A stretch of 59,498 bases of DNA from Clostridia bacterium. Its GTDB lineage: Bacteria > Bacillota > Clostridia > Peptostreptococcales > Anaerovoracaceae. The DNA is taken from the NCBI GenBank assembly GCA_024403215.1, contig JAKSSJ010000001.1, positions 1 through 59,498 of the forward strand, read 5' to 3'. Both the position numbers and the translations under genes were made by a program. Of this stretch, positions 47,684-56,184 are shown piece by piece (position 1 is the first letter of the stretch; every line of letters starts with the position of its first letter). The notes under the pieces are model-generated. The model searched no databases, was not told the DNA's origin, and was given only the letters and a program-made list of their open reading frames with translations.

Positions 47684-48848
47684 CGAAACTTTTACTAACA
47701 ATTTAATAAACAGCAGTATTTATCACCTGCTTAATTTTGAGAAGTATCAAAATTTTCAGCAGGCTGCAAGACAAGCCGCAACAAACAATAACTATCAAAT
47801 TGTTTTGTTTTCTGATGACTTTAATACTCTCTTCTCAGTAGAGACCAAACATGATACAACAATAGAGGCTGCTATCAGCTCGTCCTTTGCTCAGGTAGAG
47901 GATAGAGAAAAGAAGGGCTCAAGAGTTGATGTAAACGGCGTTGCAACATACTGGGGACCTTGTATGGTTGCAGGCAACAAATATTATTTGATGCTTGTAG
48001 ACAACGACAAAAAGTATAGTCAGGAAGATATAGTAAAGCTTGCAGAGATAATTGAGCTTGCAATGGGTATGTGGAACTACGTTCCACTCAGGGATCCATC
48101 AACGGAGTTTATTAGGGCTTTAAGAAGAGGAAACAAAGAGCTCGCACAAACTCTTGCTGCAGAGCTTAAGCTTAACGAAAATGATATTGCACTTGTTTTT
48201 GCTGTTTCAGGAATTAAGAAGAAGGATGCTCAAAAGCTCCTTGCAAAATTCCAAGCAGAAAAGAACATGACAACAATCATAAACGTTGAGCAGGATGAAA
48301 TCACAGGAATAGTTTTAAGGACGCCAGGCCTTGCTCCATACAATTCAGAAGATTGGGAAGATTTTGCTCAAAAGATGTACGAGCAGGGCGCTCCAAAGAC
48401 TATGCATGTAAGAGGTCTATACAATATAGAAGATGCTTGCAATGCATTTAGGCTCGTTGGGGAATCAGAAGCTTTCCTTCAACTCATATTCCCATACAGA
48501 CATTCGTTTAGTAAATATGAATTAGTGTTTACAAGCACTTGTATAAATATGTGTATGCAAGGCGGCGTAGCAAAAAAGAATTGCTTAGATTTAATAAGAC
48601 CAATTCTTGTTAGAACAGATCTTAAGTCCACGCAGCTAAAAGAAACGCTTGAAGTTTTTGTGCTTGACGCCGGACTTTCAACAACAAAGACTGCAGAACT
48701 ATTAGATGTTCATGTAAACACAGTTCAATATAGACTAAAGAGAATAAGAGAAATTTTAGGTGTAGATATAACATCTAACACAATAGTACCAGCGCTGATG
48801 AGCGCTTTGGCAATAACAAGAATCGAAAAGGAGGCAGGGCCACTCTAA
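47676..48848 (+). CDS. PucR/CdaR-like transcriptional regulator (C-terminal HTH)
   Basis: The C-terminus ..LEVFVLDAGLSTTKTAELLDVHVNTVQYRLKRIREILGVDI.. is a PucR-type HTH. The ATG at 47676 overlaps the last ftsH codons; the N-terminal domain was not recognised. Confidence 0.6.
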   Translation: MNNETFTNNLINSSIYHLLNFEKYQNFQQAARQAATNNNYQIVLFSDDFNTLFSVETKHDTTIEAAISSSFAQVEDREKKGSRVDVNGVATYWGPCMVAGNKYYLMLVDNDKKYSQEDIVKLAEIIELAMGMWNYVPLRDPSTEFIRALRRGNKELAQTLAAELKLNENDIALVFAVSGIKKKDAQKLLAKFQAEKNMTTIINVEQDEITGIVLRTPGLAPYNSEDWEDFAQKMYEQGAPKTMHVRGLYNIEDACNAFRLVGESEAFLQLIFPYRHSFSKYELVFTSTCINMCMQGGVAKKNCLDLIRPILVRTDLKSTQLKETLEVFVLDAGLSTTKTAELLDVHVNTVQYRLKRIREILGVDITSNTIVPALMSALAITRIEKEAGPL

Positions 48849-48866
48849 ATGAGGGCGCGAGCACAA

Positions 48867-49658
48867 ATGTTATTAGCAATTGATGTAGGTAATACAAATG
48901 TAGTCTGCGGACTATATGATGGAAAGAAGCTATTGCAGTTTTGGAGAATGGAAACTTCTCAAAGAAAATCTGCTGACGAATATGGAATAGCATTAAAGCA
49001 AATGTTTGAAGCAGATGGCTATTCGTTTAAACAGGTTGACGATGTAATCATTGCAACAGTTGTTCCATCGCTTACTTATACACTTCAGCATTTTTCTGAA
49101 AAGTATTTTAAAAAGACACCAATATTTGTAGAGCCTGGAATTAAAACAGGACTTATAGTTAAATACGATAACCCAAAGCTTCTTGGTGCTGATAGAATAG
49201 TAAATTCTGTTGCTGCCTATGAAAGCTATAAAGCACCTCTTATTGTAATAGACTTTGGAACAGCAACAACAGTTTGCGCTGTATCCGATAAGGCTGAATA
49301 CTTAGGTGGTGTTATAGCACCGGGAGTTAAAATTTCATCAGAGGCGCTGTTTGAAAAAACAGCCAAGCTTCCAAGAATCGAACTTGAGGTTCCAAAGCAA
49401 ATCATTTGCAGAAATACTGCAGAATGCATGCAGTCAGGCGTTCTTTATGGTCACATAGGAATGATTGAATATATTGTTGATCACATGAAGAAGGAAATTG
49501 CAAAAGAATGCAAGTTTGAGGAAGGCTCGAAAAAAATCACCGTTGTAGCAACTGGAGGACTTTCAAGTCTTATCGCAGAATATACAGATGTTATTGATGT
49601 TGTAGATAAGAGGCTCACTCTTACAGGACTTGAACTTATTTATGAAAAAAATAGATAA
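48867..49658 (+). CDS. coaX: type III pantothenate kinase
   Basis: MLLAIDVGNTNVVCGLY...GADRIVN...IDFGTATT.... The alternative upstream start at 48849 cannot be excluded. Confidence 0.9.
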   Translation: MLLAIDVGNTNVVCGLYDGKKLLQFWRMETSQRKSADEYGIALKQMFEADGYSFKQVDDVIIATVVPSLTYTLQHFSEKYFKKTPIFVEPGIKTGLIVKYDNPKLLGADRIVNSVAAYESYKAPLIVIDFGTATTVCAVSDKAEYLGGVIAPGVKISSEALFEKTAKLPRIELEVPKQIICRNTAECMQSGVLYGHIGMIEYIVDHMKKEIAKECKFEEGSKKITVVATGGLSSLIAEYTDVIDVVDKRLTLTGLELIYEKNR

Positions 49659-50544
49659 ACCGGTAATGGCGCCAATGGCTGGTGTAACGGACTGTGTTTT
49701 CAGGTATTTTGTTCATAGAGAGGGAGCGGCTCTTTCATATACGGAGCTTGTGTCTGCAAAGGGTTTGTATTATAAAAATGCGGGCACGGAAGAACTGCTA
49801 TATATAAATGAAAGAGAAGGAGATGTATTTATACAGCTCTTTGGCTCGGAGCCTGAGATTATAGCTCATGCGGTAAGATATCTTGAAGACAGGCCTAATG
49901 TTGGGATAGACATCAACATGGGTTGCCCGGTACCAAAGGTTTTTAAAAATGGCGAGGGCAGTGCGCTTTTAAAAGACCCAGAGCTTGCGGCCAGGCTAAT
50001 AGAAGCCGCAAAGAAAAGTACTAAAAAACCAGTCACTGCGAAAATGCGAATAGGAATTGATGATAAGCCTTATGACTACGTTGGCTTTGCTAAAAAATTA
50101 GAAGAGGCCGGCGCAGACATGATAGCTGTTCACGCAAGAACTAGGGAGCAATATTATAGCGGCAGCGCAAACTGGCAGGCAATAAAAGATATAAAAGAAA
50201 ACGTAAAGGTGCCGGTTATAGGCAATGGCGATGTTAAAGATCTTGATGATGCAAGCCGCATGAAAGAAGAAACTGGCTGCGACATCGTTATGATAGGAAG
50301 GGCTGCTATGGGAAACCCTTGGGTTTTCTCGGGTCGTCATCCAGGAAAAGAAGAAATTAAAAATCAAATTCTAGAGCATATGGCTCTCCTAATAGATTAC
50401 AAAGGAGAACAAAGAGCAATCAAAGAAATGCGAAAGCACAGCTCTTGGTATCTAAAAGGAGTGCCTGGTGCGCCAGAGTTTAGAAGAAAAGTTAATGAAG
50501 CAGCAACGGCTGCAGAAATAGAGAGTTTATTAAAGGAGATTTAA
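49642..50544 (+). CDS. dusB: tRNA-dihydrouridine synthase (DusB-like)
   Basis: ...VMAPMAGVTDCVFR...IDINMGCPV...VTAKMRIG... Confidence 0.9.
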   Translation: MKKIDKPVMAPMAGVTDCVFRYFVHREGAALSYTELVSAKGLYYKNAGTEELLYINEREGDVFIQLFGSEPEIIAHAVRYLEDRPNVGIDINMGCPVPKVFKNGEGSALLKDPELAARLIEAAKKSTKKPVTAKMRIGIDDKPYDYVGFAKKLEEAGADMIAVHARTREQYYSGSANWQAIKDIKENVKVPVIGNGDVKDLDDASRMKEETGCDIVMIGRAAMGNPWVFSGRHPGKEEIKNQILEHMALLIDYKGEQRAIKEMRKHSSWYLKGVPGAPEFRRKVNEAATAAEIESLLKEI

Positions 50545-50546
50545 AA

Positions 50547-51023
50547 ATGGCAGACGAAATTCTTTTAACACAACAAGGCTACGACGACATAGTCAAAGAA
50601 CATGAGTATTTAGTTACAGTTCGTCGTGCAGAGGTATCCGAACACTTAAAGGAAGCAAAATCCTACGGAGACCTTTCTGAAAATGCAGAATACGATGCTG
50701 CAAAGGATGAGCAGGCAAACCTCGAAGAGAGAATCGCTCGTCTTGAGTACATGATGAGAAACGCAAGGGTTGTAAGCGAAGATGAGCTTACAGGCGAACA
50801 CGTTAACCTCGGACTTACAGTAAAGATTAGAGACATTGATACAAAAGAAAAGTATACTTACACCATTGTAGGTATTACAGACGCAGATCCATTTGAAGGC
50901 AAGATTTCTAATGAATCTCCTGTTGGCAAGGCTCTTCTCGGAAAGAGAAAGGGAGAAAAGGTTGAAGTTGTAATGCCAGATAACAAGATAGCAATTTATC
51001 AGATTATGGAGATCACAAAGTAA
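50547..51023 (+). CDS. greA: transcription elongation factor GreA
   Basis: ...EAKSYGDLSENAEYDAAKDEQ... is the canonical GreA coiled-coil motif; 158 aa. Confidence 0.95.
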   Translation: MADEILLTQQGYDDIVKEHEYLVTVRRAEVSEHLKEAKSYGDLSENAEYDAAKDEQANLEERIARLEYMMRNARVVSEDELTGEHVNLGLTVKIRDIDTKEKYTYTIVGITDADPFEGKISNESPVGKALLGKRKGEKVEVVMPDNKIAIYQIMEITK

Positions 51024-53155
51024 TGGGCGATAATCAAAAAATGCAAAATAACGCTCAGCCTCAGGTTTCTGAGTCAGAGCAGTTTCAGATTAGAAAAGAA
51101 AAGCTTCTTGCGCTTCAGGCTGCAGGAAAGGATCCTTATGTAATCACTAAGTTTGATCAGAACAACTTTTCAAAGAATATTAAAGAAGAGTTTGCTTCTT
51201 TAGAACCAGAAGAGCACACAGGCAAGGAATTTAATCTTGCTGGAAGACTCATGAGCAAGCGCGTTATGGGTAAGGCTTCTTTTGCTGGACTTAGAGACGA
51301 CAGAGGAGATATTCAGCTTTACGTTACAAGAGATAATCTTGGAGAAGAAGACTACGCTGATTTTAAGAAATTAGACATCGGTGATGTAGTTGGAGTAACA
51401 GGCGAAGTATTTAAGACAAAGACAGGTGAAATCTCTGTTAGTGTTAAGAAGCTCTCGCTTCTTTCAAAGTGCCTACATCCACTTCCAGAAAAGTTCCACG
51501 GCCTTACAGACCTAGAGCAACGCTACAGAAACAGAAGCGTGGACCTCATTGTAAATCCAGAGGTTAAGGAAACGTTTAAAAAGCGTAGCGCTATTATCAA
51601 TGAGATAAGAGCTTATCTTAATGAGAGAGATTATCTTGAAGTTGAAACACCAATTTTAAATCCTATTGAAATTGGTGCATCTGCAAGACCTTTCGTAACT
51701 CACCACAATACTTTAGATATTGATATGTTCCTTCGTATTGAAACGGAGCTTTATCTAAAAAGACTCATTGTTGGTGGTATTGACAGAGTATATGAAATTG
51801 GTCGTATCTTCAGAAACGAAGGTATGGATAGAAAGCATAATCCAGAGTTTACTTCAATTGAACTTTATCAGGCCTACACTGATTTTGAGGGCATGATGAA
51901 TTTAGTTGAGGAGCTATTCAAAAGGCTCGCAGATAAGGTTTGCGGAACAAGACAGATTCCTTACGGAGATCTTACAATTGACTTTGACAATTGGACAAGA
52001 ATGACTATGAAGGAAGCTGTAAAGAAATATTCCGGCGTTGATTACGATGATTGGAAGACAGACGAGGATGCTATTAAGTCTGCCAAAGAGCATAAAGTTG
52101 AACTTCCAGAAGTTAAGACAAAGGGAAATATTCTTGCAGAATTCTTTGATGCGTTTGTTGAAGACAAGCTTATTCAGCCAACATTTATCTACGATTATCC
52201 AGTAGATATTTCTCCATTGGCAAAGAGAAAGCCAACAGATCCAGAATTTACAGAGCGTTTTGAGTTCTTTATTAATGCAACAGAGTTTGGTAATGCATTC
52301 TCCGAGCTTAATAACCCTCTTGATCAAAGAGAAAGATTTGAAAGACAATTAAGAGAGCGCCTCGCAGTAGAGCCAGATTCAAGATGTGCTTTAGACGAGC
52401 CTTTCCTTGTTGCAATAGAAACTGCTATGCCTTGCACAGGTGGTCTTGGTATTGGAATTGACAGGCTCGTAATGCTTCTCACAAACAACCAGAACATTCA
52501 AGACGTACTGCTCTTCCCTACAATGAAGCCAGAAGGCGTTCAGGTAAAGGCTGCTCCTGTTAAAAAGGGTGAAGCACTTGTTTCGCCACTTACAAGGGAA
52601 CAGGCTTTAGAGCTTTTAAAGAAATATAACCAGGATCCATTCCACATTCGCCATGCACTTACAGTTGAAGGCGTAATGAGATGGTATGCAAAAGAACTTG
52701 GTCTTGCAGAGGAAGAAGAATTCTGGGGTCAGGTAGGTCTTCTGCATGATATTGATTTTGAAATGTGGCCAACAGAGCACTGCAAGAAGGCGCCAGAGCT
52801 TCTCAAAGAGGGCGGCGCAAGTGAAGAGATGATTCATGCTGTATGTGCTCATGGATTTGGTCTTTGCTCAGATGTAGAGCCAACACTTCTTATGGAAAAG
52901 GTTCTCTTTGCAGCAGATGAACTTACAGGACTTATTTGGTCTTATGCGTTGATGCGTCCTGAAAAGTCTTGCGAAGGAATGGAGCTTAAGAGTTTAAAGA
53001 AGAAATTCAAGGACAAGAAATTTGCAGCAGGCTGCAGCAGAGATGTAATTGCAGACGGCGCAGCAAAGCTTGGCTGGGAACTCGATGAACTCCTCGAAAA
53101 AACCATTTCCGCAATGCAATCCTGCGAAAAATTCGTAGAAGAAAGTTGCCACTAA
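51023..53155 (+). CDS. lysS: lysine--tRNA ligase (class II) fused to a C-terminal HD-domain phosphohydrolase-like module
   Basis: Residues 1 to about 500 are a typical LysRS (..YRNRSVDLIVNP.., ..IGRIFRNEG.., ..GIGIDRLVMLL..LFPTMKPE). The extra approximately 200 aa contain ..HIRHALTVEGVMR...VGLLHDIDFE...AVCAHG.. (the H..HD..H pattern). Confidence 0.85.
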   Translation: MGDNQKMQNNAQPQVSESEQFQIRKEKLLALQAAGKDPYVITKFDQNNFSKNIKEEFASLEPEEHTGKEFNLAGRLMSKRVMGKASFAGLRDDRGDIQLYVTRDNLGEEDYADFKKLDIGDVVGVTGEVFKTKTGEISVSVKKLSLLSKCLHPLPEKFHGLTDLEQRYRNRSVDLIVNPEVKETFKKRSAIINEIRAYLNERDYLEVETPILNPIEIGASARPFVTHHNTLDIDMFLRIETELYLKRLIVGGIDRVYEIGRIFRNEGMDRKHNPEFTSIELYQAYTDFEGMMNLVEELFKRLADKVCGTRQIPYGDLTIDFDNWTRMTMKEAVKKYSGVDYDDWKTDEDAIKSAKEHKVELPEVKTKGNILAEFFDAFVEDKLIQPTFIYDYPVDISPLAKRKPTDPEFTERFEFFINATEFGNAFSELNNPLDQRERFERQLRERLAVEPDSRCALDEPFLVAIETAMPCTGGLGIGIDRLVMLLTNNQNIQDVLLFPTMKPEGVQVKAAPVKKGEALVSPLTREQALELLKKYNQDPFHIRHALTVEGVMRWYAKELGLAEEEEFWGQVGLLHDIDFEMWPTEHCKKAPELLKEGGASEEMIHAVCAHGFGLCSDVEPTLLMEKVLFAADELTGLIWSYALMRPEKSCEGMELKSLKKKFKDKKFAAGCSRDVIADGAAKLGWELDELLEKTISAMQSCEKFVEESCH

Positions 53156-53156
53156 A

Positions 53157-53198
53157 GTTGTCAACGAGGTTGTCAATGGGGTCAGACCCCATTGACAA
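53157..53198. repeat. Palindromic repeat family copy C (with an extra half-site)
   Basis: GTTGTCAACGAG plus GTTGTCAATGGGGTCAGACCCCATTGACAA, starting 2 nt after the lysS stop and followed by GTTTT. Confidence 0.9.
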
Positions 53199-53241
53199 GT
53201 TTTCATAGAAGCCAGAAGCTTAAAGCTTGAAGGAATGAAAC

Positions 53242-53529
53242 ATGTTAACAGGAAAACAAAGAGCTTATCTAAAAAAGTTAGCCATTGATTTGGAGCCAAG
53301 TGTTTTCATCGGTAAGAATGAACTAACTGAAAACATCATAAAAGAAATGGACAATTATCTTGAAGCGCATGAGCTTGTAAAAGTGAAGCTGCAAGAAAGT
53401 GTTGAGATGTCTCCAAAAGATACGGCAAACGAGGCTGCCGAAAAGCTCGGCGCAGAATATGTCCAGGCCATCGGCCGCAAATTTGTCCTCTACCGCCCAA
53501 GCCAATCCAACAAACAGATAATCATTTAA
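53242..53529 (+). CDS. yhbY: YhbY/CRM-domain RNA-binding protein
   Basis: MLTGKQRAYLKKLA...VFIGKNELTEN...ELVKVKL... is typical of YhbY; 95 aa. Confidence 0.85.
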   Translation: MLTGKQRAYLKKLAIDLEPSVFIGKNELTENIIKEMDNYLEAHELVKVKLQESVEMSPKDTANEAAEKLGAEYVQAIGRKFVLYRPSQSNKQIII

Positions 53530-53538
53530 TTTGATTTC

Positions 53539-53580
53539 TATACGTGATTAGCGTATAATTGATATACGTTAATCACGTAT
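53539..53580. promoter_or_regulatory. 18-bp inverted repeat (probable TA operator) overlapping a TATAAT box
   Basis: ATACGTGATTAGCGTATA (53540-53557) pairs with TATACGTTAATCACGTAT (53563-53580) with 1 mismatch and a 5-nt spacer, immediately upstream of the antitoxin gene. Confidence 0.6.
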
Positions 53581-53601
53581 TTTATGTTAAGAGGAACAGA
53601 A

Positions 53602-53871
53602 ATGGAATATAAAATTGACATTAAAGAAATCAGAGTATGTGAAGGGTTGAGCCAGAATGCTTTTGCGGAAAAATACGGCATTCCTGTTCGAACACTACAA
53701 GAATGGGAGCAGAAGCGAAGTAAACCTCCTGCATATATTGATAAGCTCTTGCGGAGTGCATCTATGAATCAGCCATATCCTTCTATTGATGAATTGTTTG
53801 CATCATACGATGGAGATTATAAGGCAGCAGAAATGTCTTCTGGTGATATGGTCGGAAAGGAGCTGCTCTAA
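53602..53871 (+). CDS. type II antitoxin: XRE-like HTH N-terminus with a MazE/PemI-like C-terminal tail
   Basis: MEYKIDIKEIRVCEGLSQNAFAEKYGIPVRTLQEWEQKRSKPP.. (HTH) and ..SIDELFASYDGDYKAAEMSSGDMVGKELL (resembles the toxin-binding tails of MazE/PemI/ChpS). RBS AGAGGA; its stop overlaps the toxin start. Confidence 0.65.
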   Translation: MEYKIDIKEIRVCEGLSQNAFAEKYGIPVRTLQEWEQKRSKPPAYIDKLLRSASMNQPYPSIDELFASYDGDYKAAEMSSGDMVGKELL

Positions 53872-54209
53872 TGAACTTTCAGCCTAAGTCCGGAGATATT
53901 ATCTGGATTGATTTAGATCCTCAGAGTGGTCATGAACAAAAAGGAAGAAGACCAGTATTAATTGTGTGGGGCAATTCGGCTTTAAAACACGTGCCGGGAT
54001 TGGCTCAGGTTTGTGCTATCAGTAATACTGATAATGGGTTCCCTTTGCATGTGGCGCTTGATGATGAAAGTAAGAATACAACAGGATTTGTTCTTTGCGA
54101 ACAGAATAAAGTACTAGACCTCAATGCAAGAAATGCAAAGTACAAAGACTGTGTATCTGATAAGGTTTTACAGCAAGTTAAAAATATACTAAAAGCTATG
54201 CTTGATTAG
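53871..54209 (+). CDS. mazF: MazF/PemK family endoribonuclease toxin
   Basis: ..PKSGDIIWIDLDPQSGHEQKGRRPVLIV... is the hallmark MazF/PemK N-terminal motif; 112 aa. Confidence 0.85.
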   Translation: MNFQPKSGDIIWIDLDPQSGHEQKGRRPVLIVWGNSALKHVPGLAQVCAISNTDNGFPLHVALDDESKNTTGFVLCEQNKVLDLNARNAKYKDCVSDKVLQQVKNILKAMLD

Positions 54210-54222
54210 GAAAGGTGTAAAA

Positions 54223-54840
54223 ATGAGAACAATAGCAGAAAGAAAAAGAGCTGCAAAAGCGAATCTTGGTAACGGTATTTTTTCAGCAAATTGGATGAGC
54301 GGTGTGCTCGTTAATTTAGTTCTTTGGGGAATCACAGGCGCAGTCGGCAGTTTTTCCTTAGGAATTTTATCTGTTATAGTGCTTGGACCTATAGCATGCG
54401 GCGTTAATGCTTGTTATCTTAAAAACGCAAGAGATAAGCAAAAGATGGACGTTGCAAATATGTTCGCACCGTTTAATGTTGACTTCGGCGGAACGGTTTT
54501 GCTTGGACTTTTGACAGATGTGTTTGTTGCACTTTGGTCATTACTCTTTGTTATTCCTGGCATTGTTAAGGCGTACGCTTATTCTATGTCATATTATATC
54601 AAGGCCGATCATCCTGAGTATGATTGGAGACAGTGCATGGACGAAAGCCAAAGGCTTATGAAAGGCCACAAGGGCGAGCTGTTTGTACAAGACCTTAGCT
54701 TCATCGGCTGGTCTTTTATTGGAGCACTGTGCGCTGGCGTAGGATTTTTGTGGGTTAATGCTTATGCAGATGCTACAAAGGCCGAGTTCTACCAAGACCT
54801 TATCGGAGCTTCCATTGCAACCAACTTTGACATATCTTAA
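54223..54840 (+). CDS. DUF975 family integral membrane protein
   Basis: MRTIAERKRAAKANLGNGIFSANWMSGVL.. with 4-5 TM helices, a pattern typical of DUF975. Confidence 0.6.
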   Translation: MRTIAERKRAAKANLGNGIFSANWMSGVLVNLVLWGITGAVGSFSLGILSVIVLGPIACGVNACYLKNARDKQKMDVANMFAPFNVDFGGTVLLGLLTDVFVALWSLLFVIPGIVKAYAYSMSYYIKADHPEYDWRQCMDESQRLMKGHKGELFVQDLSFIGWSFIGALCAGVGFLWVNAYADATKAEFYQDLIGASIATNFDIS

Positions 54841-54842
54841 AA

Positions 54843-54875
54843 AGTCTAGAGCTAAGCTCTAGACTTTTTTCTTTT
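54843..54875 (+). terminator. Rho-independent terminator after the DUF975 gene
   Basis: AGTCTAGAGC-TAA-GCTCTAGACT followed by TTTTTTCTTTT; it overlaps the last codons of the convergent gene. Confidence 0.75.
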
Positions 54876-55892
54876 GATTACTATGATAAACGCAACTACT
54901 ATGATTAGTAAGACCAAGACAACTATTATTGGCGAAGCATCGCTAATTATAGTTGCGACTGCCAAATTGTTTGTTGTGATTATTACTGATTGATAGTCCT
55001 GTATATCGCCGAGATTGATGTTTTCACCTGTATCGGCATTGCGAACGCTTGCGTTTTTTGTATGAACAGAAGAGGATTTTTTTGAGTCTCCTGGGTAACC
55101 ATTGCCGCCGCTTCCGACTAATTTTTTTCCACCTTTTCCGCCGTAGAGTTCTAGCGTACCGCTAACCAAATCAACTTCACATGACTGAATCGCGCAGGCT
55201 CCATTGCCTCCATTGTTAGGGCCCTGTAAGGCTCTTTTGCTGCCACTGTCGCCACCTTGTCCGCCGTATGCTCTTATGGTGCTATTAAAAATATTGACGT
55301 TGGTATTTTCAATTGCTGCATATCCATCTTTTCCACATGCATCAAGAGGTGCTACACCTTTGGCTCCGGTCGCTCCAGTTATAGTAACATTGCAGCCGTA
55401 AACTGAAAATTCTTTTAAATCTATACCTGGTCCAAATGCGCAATTGTGAAATCCGTCTATCACCGCTTTATCAGCGAACATTCCTTGTATTTCGAGATTG
55501 CAATTTCCGTACTGCACGCCATGAACGTGTAATTCTCCTTGGCGTGATCCGGGATGTTCTGTACCAAAGCCGCCTTGCACGCTTAAAGTTACTCCGTCGC
55601 CAATGACGATGTGAACTTCACCGTTGATTCTTACGCCGCCTGGTTGGAATGGTCCTATCGGGGCTTGCCCAATTGTACACGATTCTTCAACTATATACCA
55701 ATTGTTGTTAAGCTGGGTATAATCACAGTTTGATTTGTTGATTATAATGTAATCGTCTGGCAAGCTTTCTGAAATCATTTTAGTATACGTCTTGTTGCAA
55801 GTCATGTAATGAGTGACCCCGCCATAGGCATATACGTTAGTAACAGAAAGTAATAAAATTAGTATTAAAACTAATGGAAGAATTCTTTTCAT
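54852..55892 (-). CDS. secreted, C-terminally membrane-anchored Gly-rich (beta-helix-like) protein of unknown function
   Basis: Signal peptide MKRILPLVLILILLLSVTNVYA, repeated ..YGG(Q/K)GG.. and GSGGNG segments, and a C-terminal TM plus KRKKSRA stop-transfer. Confidence 0.6.
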   Translation of the reverse strand: MKRILPLVLILILLLSVTNVYAYGGVTHYMTCNKTYTKMISESLPDDYIIINKSNCDYTQLNNNWYIVEESCTIGQAPIGPFQPGGVRINGEVHIVIGDGVTLSVQGGFGTEHPGSRQGELHVHGVQYGNCNLEIQGMFADKAVIDGFHNCAFGPGIDLKEFSVYGCNVTITGATGAKGVAPLDACGKDGYAAIENTNVNIFNSTIRAYGGQGGDSGSKRALQGPNNGGNGACAIQSCEVDLVSGTLELYGGKGGKKLVGSGGNGYPGDSKKSSSVHTKNASVRNADTGENINLGDIQDYQSVIITTNNLAVATIISDASPIIVVLVLLIIVVAFIIVIKRKKSRA

Positions 55893-56100
55893 TGAGCCCT
55901 CTTTCTTCTTTTAATTATATTAATCATATTCTATTCTTTTCTATGGTTAACGTAAAGTGATATGTGGTATAATTAAGCTGCCTTGAAGCAGGCTGATTAA
56001 TTTTCCTACACTTGCTATATGGGATTTCGGACGTCTATTTTAGCATTATGTCAGGCCTCATTTTTCAGTGGAAGACAGAAGCTAGAAAGCAGAAAACCCA

Positions 56101-56116
56101 CCTGTTAATTAACAGG
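56101..56116. promoter_or_regulatory. Perfect 16-bp palindrome CCTGTTAATTAACAGG (candidate operator)
   Basis: Located 69 nt upstream of the 56185 start, in a 290-bp divergent intergenic region. Confidence 0.3.
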
Positions 56117-56184
56117 GAAAAGTGAAGGCCTCTTCAGGGCTTTTTGTAAAAAAAGTAAGATTTATACACTTTTTAGGAGATATT

